The notes under the pieces were generated by a model. The model ran no database searches. It was not told the origin of the DNA and worked only from the letters and a program-made list of their open reading frames with translations. Shown piece after piece: positions 26,770 to 36,235 of a stretch of 64,000 nucleotides of DNA. Each line of letters opens with the position of its first letter. Position 1 is the stretch's first letter. Origin of the DNA: Candidatus Omnitrophota bacterium (GTDB lineage Bacteria; Omnitrophota; Gorgyraeia; Aquiviventales; Aquiviventaceae); NCBI GenBank assembly GCA_023247215.1, contig JAHFGX010000001.1, positions 36,880-100,879 of the forward strand, read 5' to 3'. The translations under genes and the position numbers were made by a program.

Positions 26770-28647
26770 GTGCTGACGACCCCCAGCCGCGCTGCGCGCT
26801 GGGCGCGCGCCGGGTCGCCTCGCGAACGGGAATGGTGCTACTTCGGCGCCGATGCGGCCCAGCGGGCGCGGCTCGAGGGCGTCCTGGCTCCGGCGAAGCG
26901 GGTGGAGCTGGCGGAGGGGCTCACCCGCGTCGCGTACGACGAAAAGCAGCCGTTTCTCGATTGGCTGCTCGAGGTGGGGCGGCACCAGCCGGACCACGTC
27001 TCGTGGTGGAGCTCCACGGTCGCGACGTGCAGCCCGCTGCAGACCGACATGTTTTTGCTGGCGTGCTATACCCGGCTGCTAGAGGCATGGCTGCGCGAGC
27101 CACCACCGGGGCCGCAGCGCTTGATCGTGGTGGAGGATCCCTGGCTCGGGCTGACGTTGCGGCGGCATGTCCAGCGTGATTCCCGCGTCGTCTGTGACGG
27201 CGTGGGATTCCTGGCCTGCGCTCGCGATGCCGTTCTCCGAATCGGGAAGGCGCCCCGGGTCGCGCTGGCGACGCTCTATTCGGCCGTGCGATCGTTCGTC
27301 CTGACCCGGCGGCTGTTTCCCCGCGTGGCGGATCTCGCTCCTGGACACCCGCCGGGCTCGACGCTCCTGTATACCTGGATTCGCCCTGAATCCTTTTCGG
27401 CGCCGGGGCGGCTGAACGATCCCTGGACCGGACGGCTCGACACCATCTTGAACCATCAGGACGGGCGCGTCGTTCGGCTCAGCTCGTCGGACATCCCGCC
27501 CGCCTTGCTGCGCCGGTTGCAGCGGCACGGGGTGCCGTGCCTCGTGACGCCGAGGCATCTGACCCTGGGCGATCTGGTGCGAGCCCTCGGCGCTTGGTTT
27601 CGCGTGCAGCGACTCGAGCGGCTGCCACGCTACCAGGGATGGGACTACCGGTGGCTGCTGGCTCGGGAAGAGCTTCGCGAATGGAGCCGCTCCGATTTTT
27701 GGCACTATCGGCTCGGCTACTTTGCGACGCGCCGGATCGCGGCGCGCTACGGACGCCAGGTGCAGAGCGTCATTTACCCCTTTGAGAACCAACCCTGGGA
27801 AAAGCTCTTCTGCCTGGCGTGGCGTGAGTGCGCCCCTCACGTGAAACTCATTGGGTATCAGCATTCGTGGGTGCCCCCCTTGCTCCTGCCCTATGCGCTC
27901 GCGAACGGGGCGTGGGACCTCCTGCCATTGCCGGATCAGATCGTGACGAGCAGCGAGTTCAATCTGGAACGGCTCTCGGATGGAGGCTATCCAGCTGAGC
28001 AGCTCCTCAACGGCGGCGCGCTTCGGCACGAATATCTGCATACGAAGCTTGATGAAATCGCGCGGCAACGGGCCGCCCGCGCCGAAGGGCATGGTGGCGA
28101 GGCGCCCACGGTGCTGGTGACCTTTCCGTTATCCCGGCCGCATGCCGGAAGCCTGCTCGCGGATTTCCTGTCGGCGTTCAGAGAGCCGCTGATCTTGAAG
28201 CCTGGGCGGGACGGGACGGTGCAGTTTCAGTTGAAATTCCATCCCGTCCTTCCGCTAGGGCACCTCCTGCCGGCCGGTGTCGCGCTTCCTCCGTGGATGA
28301 CCATCGTGCACGCGCCGATGGAGCAGTTGCTGCCGGGGACGGATCTGCTGCTGTATGTGGGGCCGACGTCAAGCTGGTGGGAAGCGTTTCTGAGCGGCGT
28401 GCCGGTGTTGAAATACCGGACCGACCTGATTGACATCGACGCCGGCAACCAGGCAGATGCCATGCCGGTGCCGGTGTGTTCCGGCGCCACCCTCCGCGCC
28501 TCCCTGGACCGCCTCCTGCGCGGCGACCGCCCCGCCGCCGGGCGCCCGCCGGCCGGCCTGGTGGAGAAGATGTACGGCCGGGTCAACGAGGCGCTCTGGG
28601 TCTCCGTCACACGGGGCCGGCCGCTGCCGGCCGGATCGTCAGGATAA
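26770..28647 (+). CDS. Large hypothetical protein, TagF/KpsC-like transferase superfamily member (about 625 aa); start uncertain (GTG 26770 or ATG 26686 inside the rSAM gene)
   Basis: C-terminal DLLLYVGPTSSWWEAFLSGVPVL resembles the LITDYSS ... KPxI block of Glyphos_transf/Capsule_synth enzymes. There is no in-frame ATG between 26686 and the long ORF body. Confidence 0.35.
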   Translation: MLTTPSRAARWARAGSPREREWCYFGADAAQRARLEGVLAPAKRVELAEGLTRVAYDEKQPFLDWLLEVGRHQPDHVSWWSSTVATCSPLQTDMFLLACYTRLLEAWLREPPPGPQRLIVVEDPWLGLTLRRHVQRDSRVVCDGVGFLACARDAVLRIGKAPRVALATLYSAVRSFVLTRRLFPRVADLAPGHPPGSTLLYTWIRPESFSAPGRLNDPWTGRLDTILNHQDGRVVRLSSSDIPPALLRRLQRHGVPCLVTPRHLTLGDLVRALGAWFRVQRLERLPRYQGWDYRWLLAREELREWSRSDFWHYRLGYFATRRIAARYGRQVQSVIYPFENQPWEKLFCLAWRECAPHVKLIGYQHSWVPPLLLPYALANGAWDLLPLPDQIVTSSEFNLERLSDGGYPAEQLLNGGALRHEYLHTKLDEIARQRAARAEGHGGEAPTVLVTFPLSRPHAGSLLADFLSAFREPLILKPGRDGTVQFQLKFHPVLPLGHLLPAGVALPPWMTIVHAPMEQLLPGTDLLLYVGPTSSWWEAFLSGVPVLKYRTDLIDIDAGNQADAMPVPVCSGATLRASLDRLLRGDRPAAGRPPAGLVEKMYGRVNEALWVSVTRGRPLPAGSSG

Positions 28648-28651
28648 CCGT

Positions 28652-29629
28652 ATGGCCATGCCCCGCGTCAGCGTCAATCTCTGCTGCTACAACGCCGAGT
28701 CGTTTCTCGAGGAGACGCTGCAGAGCATCTTCGCGCAGACCGATCCGGACTGGGAACTGGTGATCGTGAATGACGCCTCCACCGATGGGACGGATGCGCT
28801 GATCCGCTCGCACATCGCCGCCGGTCGGCCCATCGTGTACGACCCGCTCTCCTCGAACGTGGGGCTGGGCGCGGCGCGCAACCGCGCGCTGGCGCGCTCC
28901 TCCGGGGAGCTGATCGCGTTCATTGACCATGACGACGTGTGGCACCCGGAGAAGCTGGCGTGCCAGGTGCCGCTGTTCGACGCCGACCCCCGCGTGGGAT
29001 TGGTCTACAGTGATTGCGTGAACGTCTGGGAGCATGGCGAATGGTTCCGCCAGTTTGACCGGCTGCGCCCCTGCGAGGGCGAGGCGTTTCCCGCGCTCTT
29101 GGCCCAATACCCCGTCAGCATCCAGACGGTGGTGATCCGGCGGCGCGCGCTGGAGGATGGGTTGGTCGGATTCGATCCGCGATTCCGGGTGCTGGAGGAC
29201 ATGGAGTTCGTGCTTCGGCTCTCGCGCCGCTGGCGGTTGGCGGTCGTGCGCGACCCGCTGGCGTGGATCAAGATGCGCCGCGACAGCGCCACCTGGACGC
29301 TCCGCGACCGCTGGCCGGTGGAGATGCGCCTCATTCTGGAAGCGCTGCGGGCGGATCCGGAGATCGAGCGGCGGCACCCGGAGGCGTTGGCCCGGTTCGT
29401 CTTTGAAATTGCGCGGATGGAAGCGCGGATCGCCTGGGAACGCGGCCGGCGGGCGGATGCGCTGGCCTGTCTGGAACCGTATCGCCGCCGCTACCGCGAG
29501 GCGCTGCGGGATGTCTGGCTGGTCCGATGCCTGCCGCATGCGGCCTATCAGCGAGTTCGCCGATGGATGGTGCGAGGCGCGCAGGCGCTTCGCCTGACCG
29601 AACCGGTGAAATGTCCGACGGTTCACTAA
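28652..29629 (+). CDS. Glycosyltransferase family 2
   Basis: VNLCCYNAESFLEETLQSIFAQT, VIVNDASTDGT, FIDHDDVW (D-x-D), and QTVVIRR. Confidence 0.85.
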   Translation: MAMPRVSVNLCCYNAESFLEETLQSIFAQTDPDWELVIVNDASTDGTDALIRSHIAAGRPIVYDPLSSNVGLGAARNRALARSSGELIAFIDHDDVWHPEKLACQVPLFDADPRVGLVYSDCVNVWEHGEWFRQFDRLRPCEGEAFPALLAQYPVSIQTVVIRRRALEDGLVGFDPRFRVLEDMEFVLRLSRRWRLAVVRDPLAWIKMRRDSATWTLRDRWPVEMRLILEALRADPEIERRHPEALARFVFEIARMEARIAWERGRRADALACLEPYRRRYREALRDVWLVRCLPHAAYQRVRRWMVRGAQALRLTEPVKCPTVH

Positions 29630-30537
29630 CTGGCGCGCGGGTCCTGGTGACCGGCGCATCCGGGTTCGTGGGCGCGCACGTGTGCCGGGCCTTGGCGGCG
29701 GCCGGGGCCGAGGTGCAGGCGCTGGAGCGCGGGCGGCTCGGCGACGCGGGCAGCCTGGCGGAGCATCTCACGCGGCTTCGTCCCACGCACCTCGTGCATC
29801 TCGCCGGTTTGCGTGGAGACGCGCCGGGCGGCTGGCCGGCGCATCAGGAGGCGAACGTCTTGCCCACGGCGTGGTTGCTGGAGGCGGCGGTGATGTCGCG
29901 CTGCGATCCGATGGTCCTCATCGCCAGCTCCAGCGCGGTCTACGGAGCCGCCCCCGCCCACGACCAGCCGCTTCGGGAAGACCAGCCCCCGCGCCCGCTC
30001 ACGCCGTATGGCGTAAGCCACGTCGCCAAAGAGATGCTCGCGCTGCAGGCGCATTTGGCCCACCGGCTGCGGACGGTGCGGGTGCGCATGTTCAATCTCG
30101 TCGGGCCGGGCCAGCCGGAGACGCTGCTGGCCTCGAGCCTGGCGCGGCAGGTCGCCGTCGGAGAGCGGCAGGGCGGGACGATCGTGATCCGCGTGGGCAA
30201 CGTGTTCCCGCGGCGGGATTATCTGGACGTGCGCGATGCGGCGCGGGCCTACGTCCTGTTGGCCGGCGCGGCCGTCCCCGGCGAGGTGTATAACGTCTGT
30301 TCCGGCCGGTCCGCGTCGGTGCAGGAGTGTGTCGATCTGCTCGCCGCGGCCGCCGGCCAGCCATTTCGAGTGGACGTGGACCCGGCGCGCGTGCGGTCCG
30401 TAGAGATCTTAGAGCAGCGAGGCGACGCCGGCCGGCTGCGCGAGCTGACCGGCTGGACGCCGGAGATTCCCTTGGGGTCCAGCCTGCGCGACTTATTGGA
30501 GGAGTGGCGGGCGCGGGAAGCCGCGGTGGTGCCATGA
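29611..30537 (+). CDS. NAD-dependent epimerase/dehydratase family protein (extended SDR)
   Basis: VLVTGASGFVGAHV Rossmann motif; PYGVSH resembles YxxxK with Lys. 19-bp overlap with the GT2 stop. Confidence 0.75.
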   Translation: MSDGSLTGARVLVTGASGFVGAHVCRALAAAGAEVQALERGRLGDAGSLAEHLTRLRPTHLVHLAGLRGDAPGGWPAHQEANVLPTAWLLEAAVMSRCDPMVLIASSSAVYGAAPAHDQPLREDQPPRPLTPYGVSHVAKEMLALQAHLAHRLRTVRVRMFNLVGPGQPETLLASSLARQVAVGERQGGTIVIRVGNVFPRRDYLDVRDAARAYVLLAGAAVPGEVYNVCSGRSASVQECVDLLAAAAGQPFRVDVDPARVRSVEILEQRGDAGRLRELTGWTPEIPLGSSLRDLLEEWRAREAAVVP

Positions 30538-31664
30538 TCCGGCGCGTGCTGTTCGTCATTGGTTCCGCGGCGATCGGCGGCGCGGAAGAGCTGATGTGCC
30601 TGCTGGTGCGGGGGCTGACCCGGGCCGGGCATGTCTGCGTTCTCATCTGCCCGGCCTCCGGCCCGATGGCGGCGCGGTACCGCGAAGCGGGCGCCGAGGT
30701 AAGCCTCGTGCCGCATCAGCTGCTGCATCCAGCCGCGATCTGGCGCATCGCGCGCCTGATCCGGCAACATCGGATTGACGTTGTGCACACCTGCCTGTAT
30801 GCCAGCGACGTGGCCGGACTGTTCGCGGCCCGCCTGGCGGGCGCTCCTCGAATCATTTCACACGTCGTCGGGTGCAATTTCGTCGTGTCGCGCGAGCGCG
30901 GCTGGCGTCGGGCACGCAAGCGCCTGCTGTCTTGGGCGCATCGCGGGATCTATGCCTTGGCCGACTGCGTGATTGCGGTGTCAGACAGCGTGAAGGCGGA
31001 TTTGGCGACGCGGCCGGGCCTCCGCGTGCCGCCAAGCAAGATCACGGTCATCCGCCATGGCTGGGACGCTCCCGCGGCCTCCCATGGCTGGACGGATGAA
31101 GCCGGCGGCCCGGAGATCATTCTGGATGACGGACCGGCGATTGTCGCGGTGGCCAATCTCTTTCCGCTCAAGGGGCATCGGTATCTCTTGGAGGCTGTGG
31201 AGCTGCTGGTTGGGCGGTGGCCGCGGCTGCGCTGCGTCCTGGTGGGCGACGGCCCGGAGCGGTCGGCGCTCGAACAGCACGCGCGCCGTCTCGGATTGGA
31301 GGAGCGGGTGCGGTTTGCGGGGTGGATTGATGAGCCGGCCAAACGGCGCGTGATTGAGCGGAGCCGGTGCGTGGTACTCCCCTCGCTTTCCGAGGGGTTG
31401 CCGGTGTGCGTGCTGGAGGCGATGGCCTTCAGCAAACCCGTCGTCGCAAGCCGGATCGGCGGGATTCCTGAAATCGTCGAGGACGGCCGAACCGGCATGT
31501 TGGTGCCGCCGGCGGACTCGCGCGCGTTGGCGGAGGCGATCCACGCGCTCTTATCGGATGCCGCGCTGGCCGAGCGGATGGGCCAAGCGGGCCGGCAGCG
31601 CCTGCAGCAGCATTTTTCGGCCGGCCAGACTATTGAGCGCATGGAGGAGCTGTACGCCGGATGA
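30534..31664 (+). CDS. Glycosyltransferase family 4 (GT-B, retaining)
   Basis: N-terminal GGAE; C-terminal PSLSEGLPVCVLEAMAFSKPVVAS with the E-x7-E motif. ATGA overlap. Confidence 0.85.
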   Translation: MIRRVLFVIGSAAIGGAEELMCLLVRGLTRAGHVCVLICPASGPMAARYREAGAEVSLVPHQLLHPAAIWRIARLIRQHRIDVVHTCLYASDVAGLFAARLAGAPRIISHVVGCNFVVSRERGWRRARKRLLSWAHRGIYALADCVIAVSDSVKADLATRPGLRVPPSKITVIRHGWDAPAASHGWTDEAGGPEIILDDGPAIVAVANLFPLKGHRYLLEAVELLVGRWPRLRCVLVGDGPERSALEQHARRLGLEERVRFAGWIDEPAKRRVIERSRCVVLPSLSEGLPVCVLEAMAFSKPVVASRIGGIPEIVEDGRTGMLVPPADSRALAEAIHALLSDAALAERMGQAGRQRLQQHFSAGQTIERMEELYAG

Positions 31665-33367
31665 CGCGGATCCTCGGCATCAACACCGGCTTCGCCCATG
31701 ACCCCGCGGCAGCGCTGATCAGCGACGGCAAGATTGCGCTCGCGGTGGAAGAGGAACGTTTGGATCGCGTCAAGTTCGGCAAGGGGTTCCCCCACCGAGC
31801 GATCGAGGCCTGCTTGAAGCACGAGGGCCTCTCGCTCTCCGATCTGGACCGCGTGGGGTTCAATTTCCAGCCGTGGAAGATGTTCGCCACCGATCTGGCG
31901 CTCAATGCCCGCTGGCTGTTTCGCCGCCGCGCCTCCACCTACGCGGCGTATCATCTCGGGGCCTCCCTGCATCCGCTGCTGTTCCACCTGAAGGAGGCGG
32001 AATGGTTCAAGCGGCGGACCGGCGGCGCGCTGCGCGTCCAATTCCTGGACCATCACCTCTGCCACGCGGCCAGCGCCTTTTACGTGTCGCCCTTCGACGA
32101 GGCGGCGATCCTCACGCTCGACCAGCGGGGGGAATCGGTCTCAGCCACGATGAGCGTGGGGCAGGGCACGGCGATCCGGCGGCTCGGGACGGTGCGCCTG
32201 CCGGATTCGCTGGGGATGCTCTACCTGAGCGTCACCTTGCATCTCGGGTTCCACGTCGGCGACGAATATAAGGTGATGGGGCTCGCCCCCTACGGCACGC
32301 CGGCCTATCGCGACGTCTTCACCGACCTGCTGCAGCAGAACAGGCACGGCGCGTTCCGGCTCAACCCGTCCTATTTCGATTACCTCGGCGCCGAGCGCTG
32401 CTTCTCAAACAAGTTCTATACGGCCCTTGGCCCCCGGCGGCAGCCGGGCGAGCCGATCGAACAGCGTCACATGGATCTGGCCTGCAGTCTTCAGGCGCGG
32501 TTGACGGACGTCGTCTTGAAGATGACCGAGCGGTTGCATGCGCGGACGAACCTGCCCAACCTGTGCCTGGCCGGCGGGGTGGCCTTCAACAGCGTGATGA
32601 GCGGCGCGCTGCTGCGGCACTCGCCCTTCAAACAACTGTACATCCAGCCGGCTGCAGGCGACGCCGGCACCGCGCTCGGCGCGGCGCTGATCATCGCGCA
32701 CGGCCAATTGGGCCAGCCCCGAGGCATGGTGATGGAGCACGCCTTCCTCGGCCCGGCGTTCAGCGAGGAGGAGATCCAGGCGGCGTTGGCGGCCTGCAAA
32801 GTGGCGTATGAGCGGCCGGCCTCGATTGCCCGCGCCGCCGCCGAGCTGCTGGCCCAGGGGCAGGTGGTCGGCTGGTTCCAGGGTCGGATGGAGTTCGGCC
32901 CGCGCGCGCTGGGCGCCCGGAGCATCCTGGCGGATCCGCGATCCGAGGGCATGAAAGACCGCGTCAACCAGTGCGTCAAGCACCGCGAAGGGTTCCGTCC
33001 CTTCGCGCCGTCGGTCTTGGAAGAGCGCGCGGGAGACTATTTCGAGTATGCCGGCGCGTCGCCGTTCATGCTCTTCGTCTATGGGGTGCGTCCGGAGAAG
33101 CGGGCCGTCATCCCGGCCGTCACCCACGTGGACGGCACGGCGCGCGTGCAGACGGTGCGCCGAGCGGACCATCCGCTCTACTGGGAGCTGATCAGCGAAT
33201 TCGAGCGCCTGACCGGCGTCCCCGTCGTCCTGAACACCTCGTTCAACGTGAATGGCGAGCCGATTGTCTGCGCGCCGGTGGACGCCATCCGCTGTTTCTT
33301 CGGCTCCGGCCTCGATGCGCTGGCGCTCGGCCCGTTCCTGATCCGGAAGGCTGCTCATGCTCAGTGA
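31661..33367 (+). CDS. Carbamoyltransferase, NodU/CmcH family (glycan O-carbamoyltransferase)
   Basis: N-terminal ILGINTGFAHDPAAALISDGKIALAVEEERLDRVK (ASKHA-like); HHLCHAASAF and C-terminal YrdC-like region; 568 aa. ATGA overlap. Confidence 0.8.
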   Translation: MTRILGINTGFAHDPAAALISDGKIALAVEEERLDRVKFGKGFPHRAIEACLKHEGLSLSDLDRVGFNFQPWKMFATDLALNARWLFRRRASTYAAYHLGASLHPLLFHLKEAEWFKRRTGGALRVQFLDHHLCHAASAFYVSPFDEAAILTLDQRGESVSATMSVGQGTAIRRLGTVRLPDSLGMLYLSVTLHLGFHVGDEYKVMGLAPYGTPAYRDVFTDLLQQNRHGAFRLNPSYFDYLGAERCFSNKFYTALGPRRQPGEPIEQRHMDLACSLQARLTDVVLKMTERLHARTNLPNLCLAGGVAFNSVMSGALLRHSPFKQLYIQPAAGDAGTALGAALIIAHGQLGQPRGMVMEHAFLGPAFSEEEIQAALAACKVAYERPASIARAAAELLAQGQVVGWFQGRMEFGPRALGARSILADPRSEGMKDRVNQCVKHREGFRPFAPSVLEERAGDYFEYAGASPFMLFVYGVRPEKRAVIPAVTHVDGTARVQTVRRADHPLYWELISEFERLTGVPVVLNTSFNVNGEPIVCAPVDAIRCFFGSGLDALALGPFLIRKAAHAQ

Positions 33368-34394
33368 GGTCCGGCGGTGGTCGGCCGCGCGGCTGCGCGG
33401 CGCCGTGGCCCGAACATTGCTGGCCACCGGGGCCGAGGCCAGGGGCCGCCGCCGCCAGGGCGCGCGCTTGCGGATCCTGATGTATCACGGGGTGGTGGCG
33501 CGCCGGACCGGACCGGGTCGCTGCGGAAATTTGTTTGTGGACCAGAAGGCCTTTGCCCGGCACGCGCGTTCGCTCGCGCGGGATTTTTGCGTGGTATCGC
33601 TGGAGCAGGTCGCGGAGTCCGTGCAGGCGGGGCGGCCGTTTCCGGACCGGGCGGTGTGGATCACGTTTGACGACGGCTACCGCAACGTGGTGACAACGGC
33701 GCTGCCCGTCCTCCAGGCGCTCCGGCTGCCGGCGACGGTGTTTGTCTTGCCGGGGCTGATGGACGCCGGCGAGGGACTATGGTTCGACGCGCTGCGCGTC
33801 CTGCTCGTGGACGGCGTGGAAGCGTCTGAGGACGTGGGGCATGGTCTGACGCTGGGCCGACCCTCGGCCGATCCGGAACGCGCCTGGACCGAGGCGGTCC
33901 GGCGCATCCTTCGGTTGGACCCACGGTTGCAGCGCGAGATGGCGGCGCAGATTCTCGCCCGGGGCCGGTGCGAGCAGTGGCTGCCGCGTCATCCAGAGTT
34001 CGCGCTGGCCGGGTGGGATGAATGGCGCCGCGCCTGTTCGGACGGACTCATCTCCGTGGGGTCCCACGGGATGCGCCATGAGACGCTGGCCGGGTTATCC
34101 AGGGAGGCGTGCATGGAGGAATGGCAGCGCTCGAAATCGCGCATCGAGGACGCGCTGGGCCGGACGTGCCTCGCAGCCGCCTATCCCTACGGCGCGCTCG
34201 ACGCGTCGGCGGCGGAGGCGGCTCGCCAGGCCGGCTATGCGTGCGCGGTCACCACGGACGAGGGCCTCAATGAGGCGCAACACGATCCCATGCGCCTTCG
34301 GCGCACGATGATCGGTGACGGCGGGGACGTGGCGTTGTTCCGCGCACGCGCGTCCGGGGCGTGGGACCTCGCGCGGCCGAGGGGGAGCCGATGA
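33357..34394 (+). CDS. Polysaccharide deacetylase (NodB homology domain, CE4)
   Basis: WITFDDGYRN (TFDDG Asp-Asp metal motif); His motifs SHGMRHE. Confidence 0.75.
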   Translation: MLSEVRRWSAARLRGAVARTLLATGAEARGRRRQGARLRILMYHGVVARRTGPGRCGNLFVDQKAFARHARSLARDFCVVSLEQVAESVQAGRPFPDRAVWITFDDGYRNVVTTALPVLQALRLPATVFVLPGLMDAGEGLWFDALRVLLVDGVEASEDVGHGLTLGRPSADPERAWTEAVRRILRLDPRLQREMAAQILARGRCEQWLPRHPEFALAGWDEWRRACSDGLISVGSHGMRHETLAGLSREACMEEWQRSKSRIEDALGRTCLAAAYPYGALDASAAEAARQAGYACAVTTDEGLNEAQHDPMRLRRTMIGDGGDVALFRARASGAWDLARPRGSR

Positions 34395-36235
34395 TCACAG
34401 GCCGCGACATCGTGTGCATTTCTTCCATTGACTGGGACTTCATCTGGCAAGGGCATCAGGAGATCATGACGACCTTCGCCTGGGAGGGGAACCGGGTGCT
34501 CTTTATCGAGAACACCGGCGTGCGCCGTCCCGGCCTGCGCGACCTGCCGCGGCTGCGGCACCGCCTTCAGGCGTGGCGGCAGAGCACGAAAGGATTCCGG
34601 CAGGTGCAGGAGAACCTGTTCGTCTACGCCCCGGTGATCCTGCCGTTTCCGTATTCGCGCGTGGCGCGGTGGATCAATCGCCGGCTGCTGATACGGGCGC
34701 TGGAGCGCTGGATGCGCACCATGGGATTCAGCCGCCCCATCGTCTGGACGTTCCTGCCCACGCCGTTGGCGCGGGATCTCCTTCGTGAGCTTCGCCCCGC
34801 CGCGACCGTGTATTACTGCATTGATGATCTGGCGTCGAGCTCGCGCCAGGCGCGGCGCATCGTCCACAGCGAGCGGCAGGTGTTCCGGGAAGCGGACCTG
34901 GTCTTCGTGACCTCGGAGCAGCTACGGCAGCGGGCGCTGAAGAGCACCAACCAGGTCTACCTGTTTCCCTTCGGCGTCAACGTGGAAACGTTCGAGCGCG
35001 CGCGGCTGCACCCGAACGACCTGCCCGATGAGCTGACGCGCCTGCCGCACCCGATCATTGGCTACGTGGGCGGGTTGCACCAATGGTTGGACCAGGACCT
35101 GCTCTCGGGCGTCATCGAGCGCATGCCGGAGGCCTCCTTCGTCTTCATCGGCCCCGTGCAGACCGACGTGTCGCGGCTGACGCACTGGCCCAACGTGCAG
35201 GTGCTGAGCGCGCGCCCGCATGCGGAGCTGCCGCGCTACCTCCTTGCCTGCGACGTCGCGCTGATCCCGTACCGGTTGAGCGAGTACACCGCGAACGTCT
35301 ACCCCACGAAATTGAACGAGTACCTGGCCATGGGGCTGCCCGTGGTCTCGACCCCGCTGCCGGAAATGGAGCGCTTCAACGCCCGGCATCCCGGCGTCGT
35401 GCGGGTGGCGCAGGGCGCGGAGGACTTCGCGCAGGCGGTCCGAGAGGCGGCGGCCGATCCGAAGGCCGGCCCGGTTGTCGAGCGCCGCATCGATGTTTCC
35501 CGCACGAACAGTTGGCGCACGCGAATTACCCAGATGTCCCGGCTGATTGAGGACGTCCTGCGCCGGCGCCAGGCCACCAACCAGTGGGAGCTGGTGCTGC
35601 GCCGTGTCTACCAGGGAGCTCGCGGCCGAACCGCCCGGTTGTTGTTCGGCGCGCTGGCGGTCTACCTGCTCTGTTTCCAGAGCCCGTTGATTTGGTGGGT
35701 GGCCGAGCCGCTGCGGGTGCATGCTCCGCCGCGGGCGGCGGACGCCATCGTCGTCTTCGCCGGCGGCGTGGGCGAGTCCGGCAAAGCCGGGGGCGGCTAC
35801 CAGGAGCGCGTCAAGCGCGCGGTGGACCTGTATCGCGCCGGGTACGCTCCCCGCATCGTCTTTTCTTCCGGCTACAGGTTCGTATTCCAGGAGGCGGAGG
35901 TGATGCGGGAGTTGGCGGTGGCCCAAGGGGTACCCGCCTCTGCGATAGTGTTGGAAACGAGCGCGCGGAACACCCATGAAAATGTGATCCTCTCTGCCGA
36001 GCTATTGCGCCGAATCGGGGGGGTGCGGTCGGTCCTGTTGGTGAGCTCGCCGTACCACATGCGCCGCGCGGTCGGGGTATGGAAGCGGCTGGTGCCGGGC
36101 GTGGAGACGATCCCTGAGCCGGTGCCGGAAAGCCAGTTTTACGCCCACAGCCGGGGCGCCAGCCTGGAGCAGATCCGCGGCATTTTCCACGAATACCTCA
36201 GCCTCCTCTATTATTGGGGGAAGGGATGGATGTGA
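34391..36235 (+). CDS. Fusion protein: GT4-like glycosyltransferase (N-terminal, about 400 aa) plus DUF218/YdcF(ElyC/SanA)-like domain (C-terminal)
   Basis: N-terminal part with VYPTKLNEYLAMGLPVVST (GT-B C-lobe). C-terminal AIVVFAGGVGESG ... SSGYRFV ... ETSARNTHENV matches the DUF218 signature. ATGA overlap. Confidence 0.6.
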   Translation: MITGRDIVCISSIDWDFIWQGHQEIMTTFAWEGNRVLFIENTGVRRPGLRDLPRLRHRLQAWRQSTKGFRQVQENLFVYAPVILPFPYSRVARWINRRLLIRALERWMRTMGFSRPIVWTFLPTPLARDLLRELRPAATVYYCIDDLASSSRQARRIVHSERQVFREADLVFVTSEQLRQRALKSTNQVYLFPFGVNVETFERARLHPNDLPDELTRLPHPIIGYVGGLHQWLDQDLLSGVIERMPEASFVFIGPVQTDVSRLTHWPNVQVLSARPHAELPRYLLACDVALIPYRLSEYTANVYPTKLNEYLAMGLPVVSTPLPEMERFNARHPGVVRVAQGAEDFAQAVREAAADPKAGPVVERRIDVSRTNSWRTRITQMSRLIEDVLRRRQATNQWELVLRRVYQGARGRTARLLFGALAVYLLCFQSPLIWWVAEPLRVHAPPRAADAIVVFAGGVGESGKAGGGYQERVKRAVDLYRAGYAPRIVFSSGYRFVFQEAEVMRELAVAQGVPASAIVLETSARNTHENVILSAELLRRIGGVRSVLLVSSPYHMRRAVGVWKRLVPGVETIPEPVPESQFYAHSRGASLEQIRGIFHEYLSLLYYWGKGWM

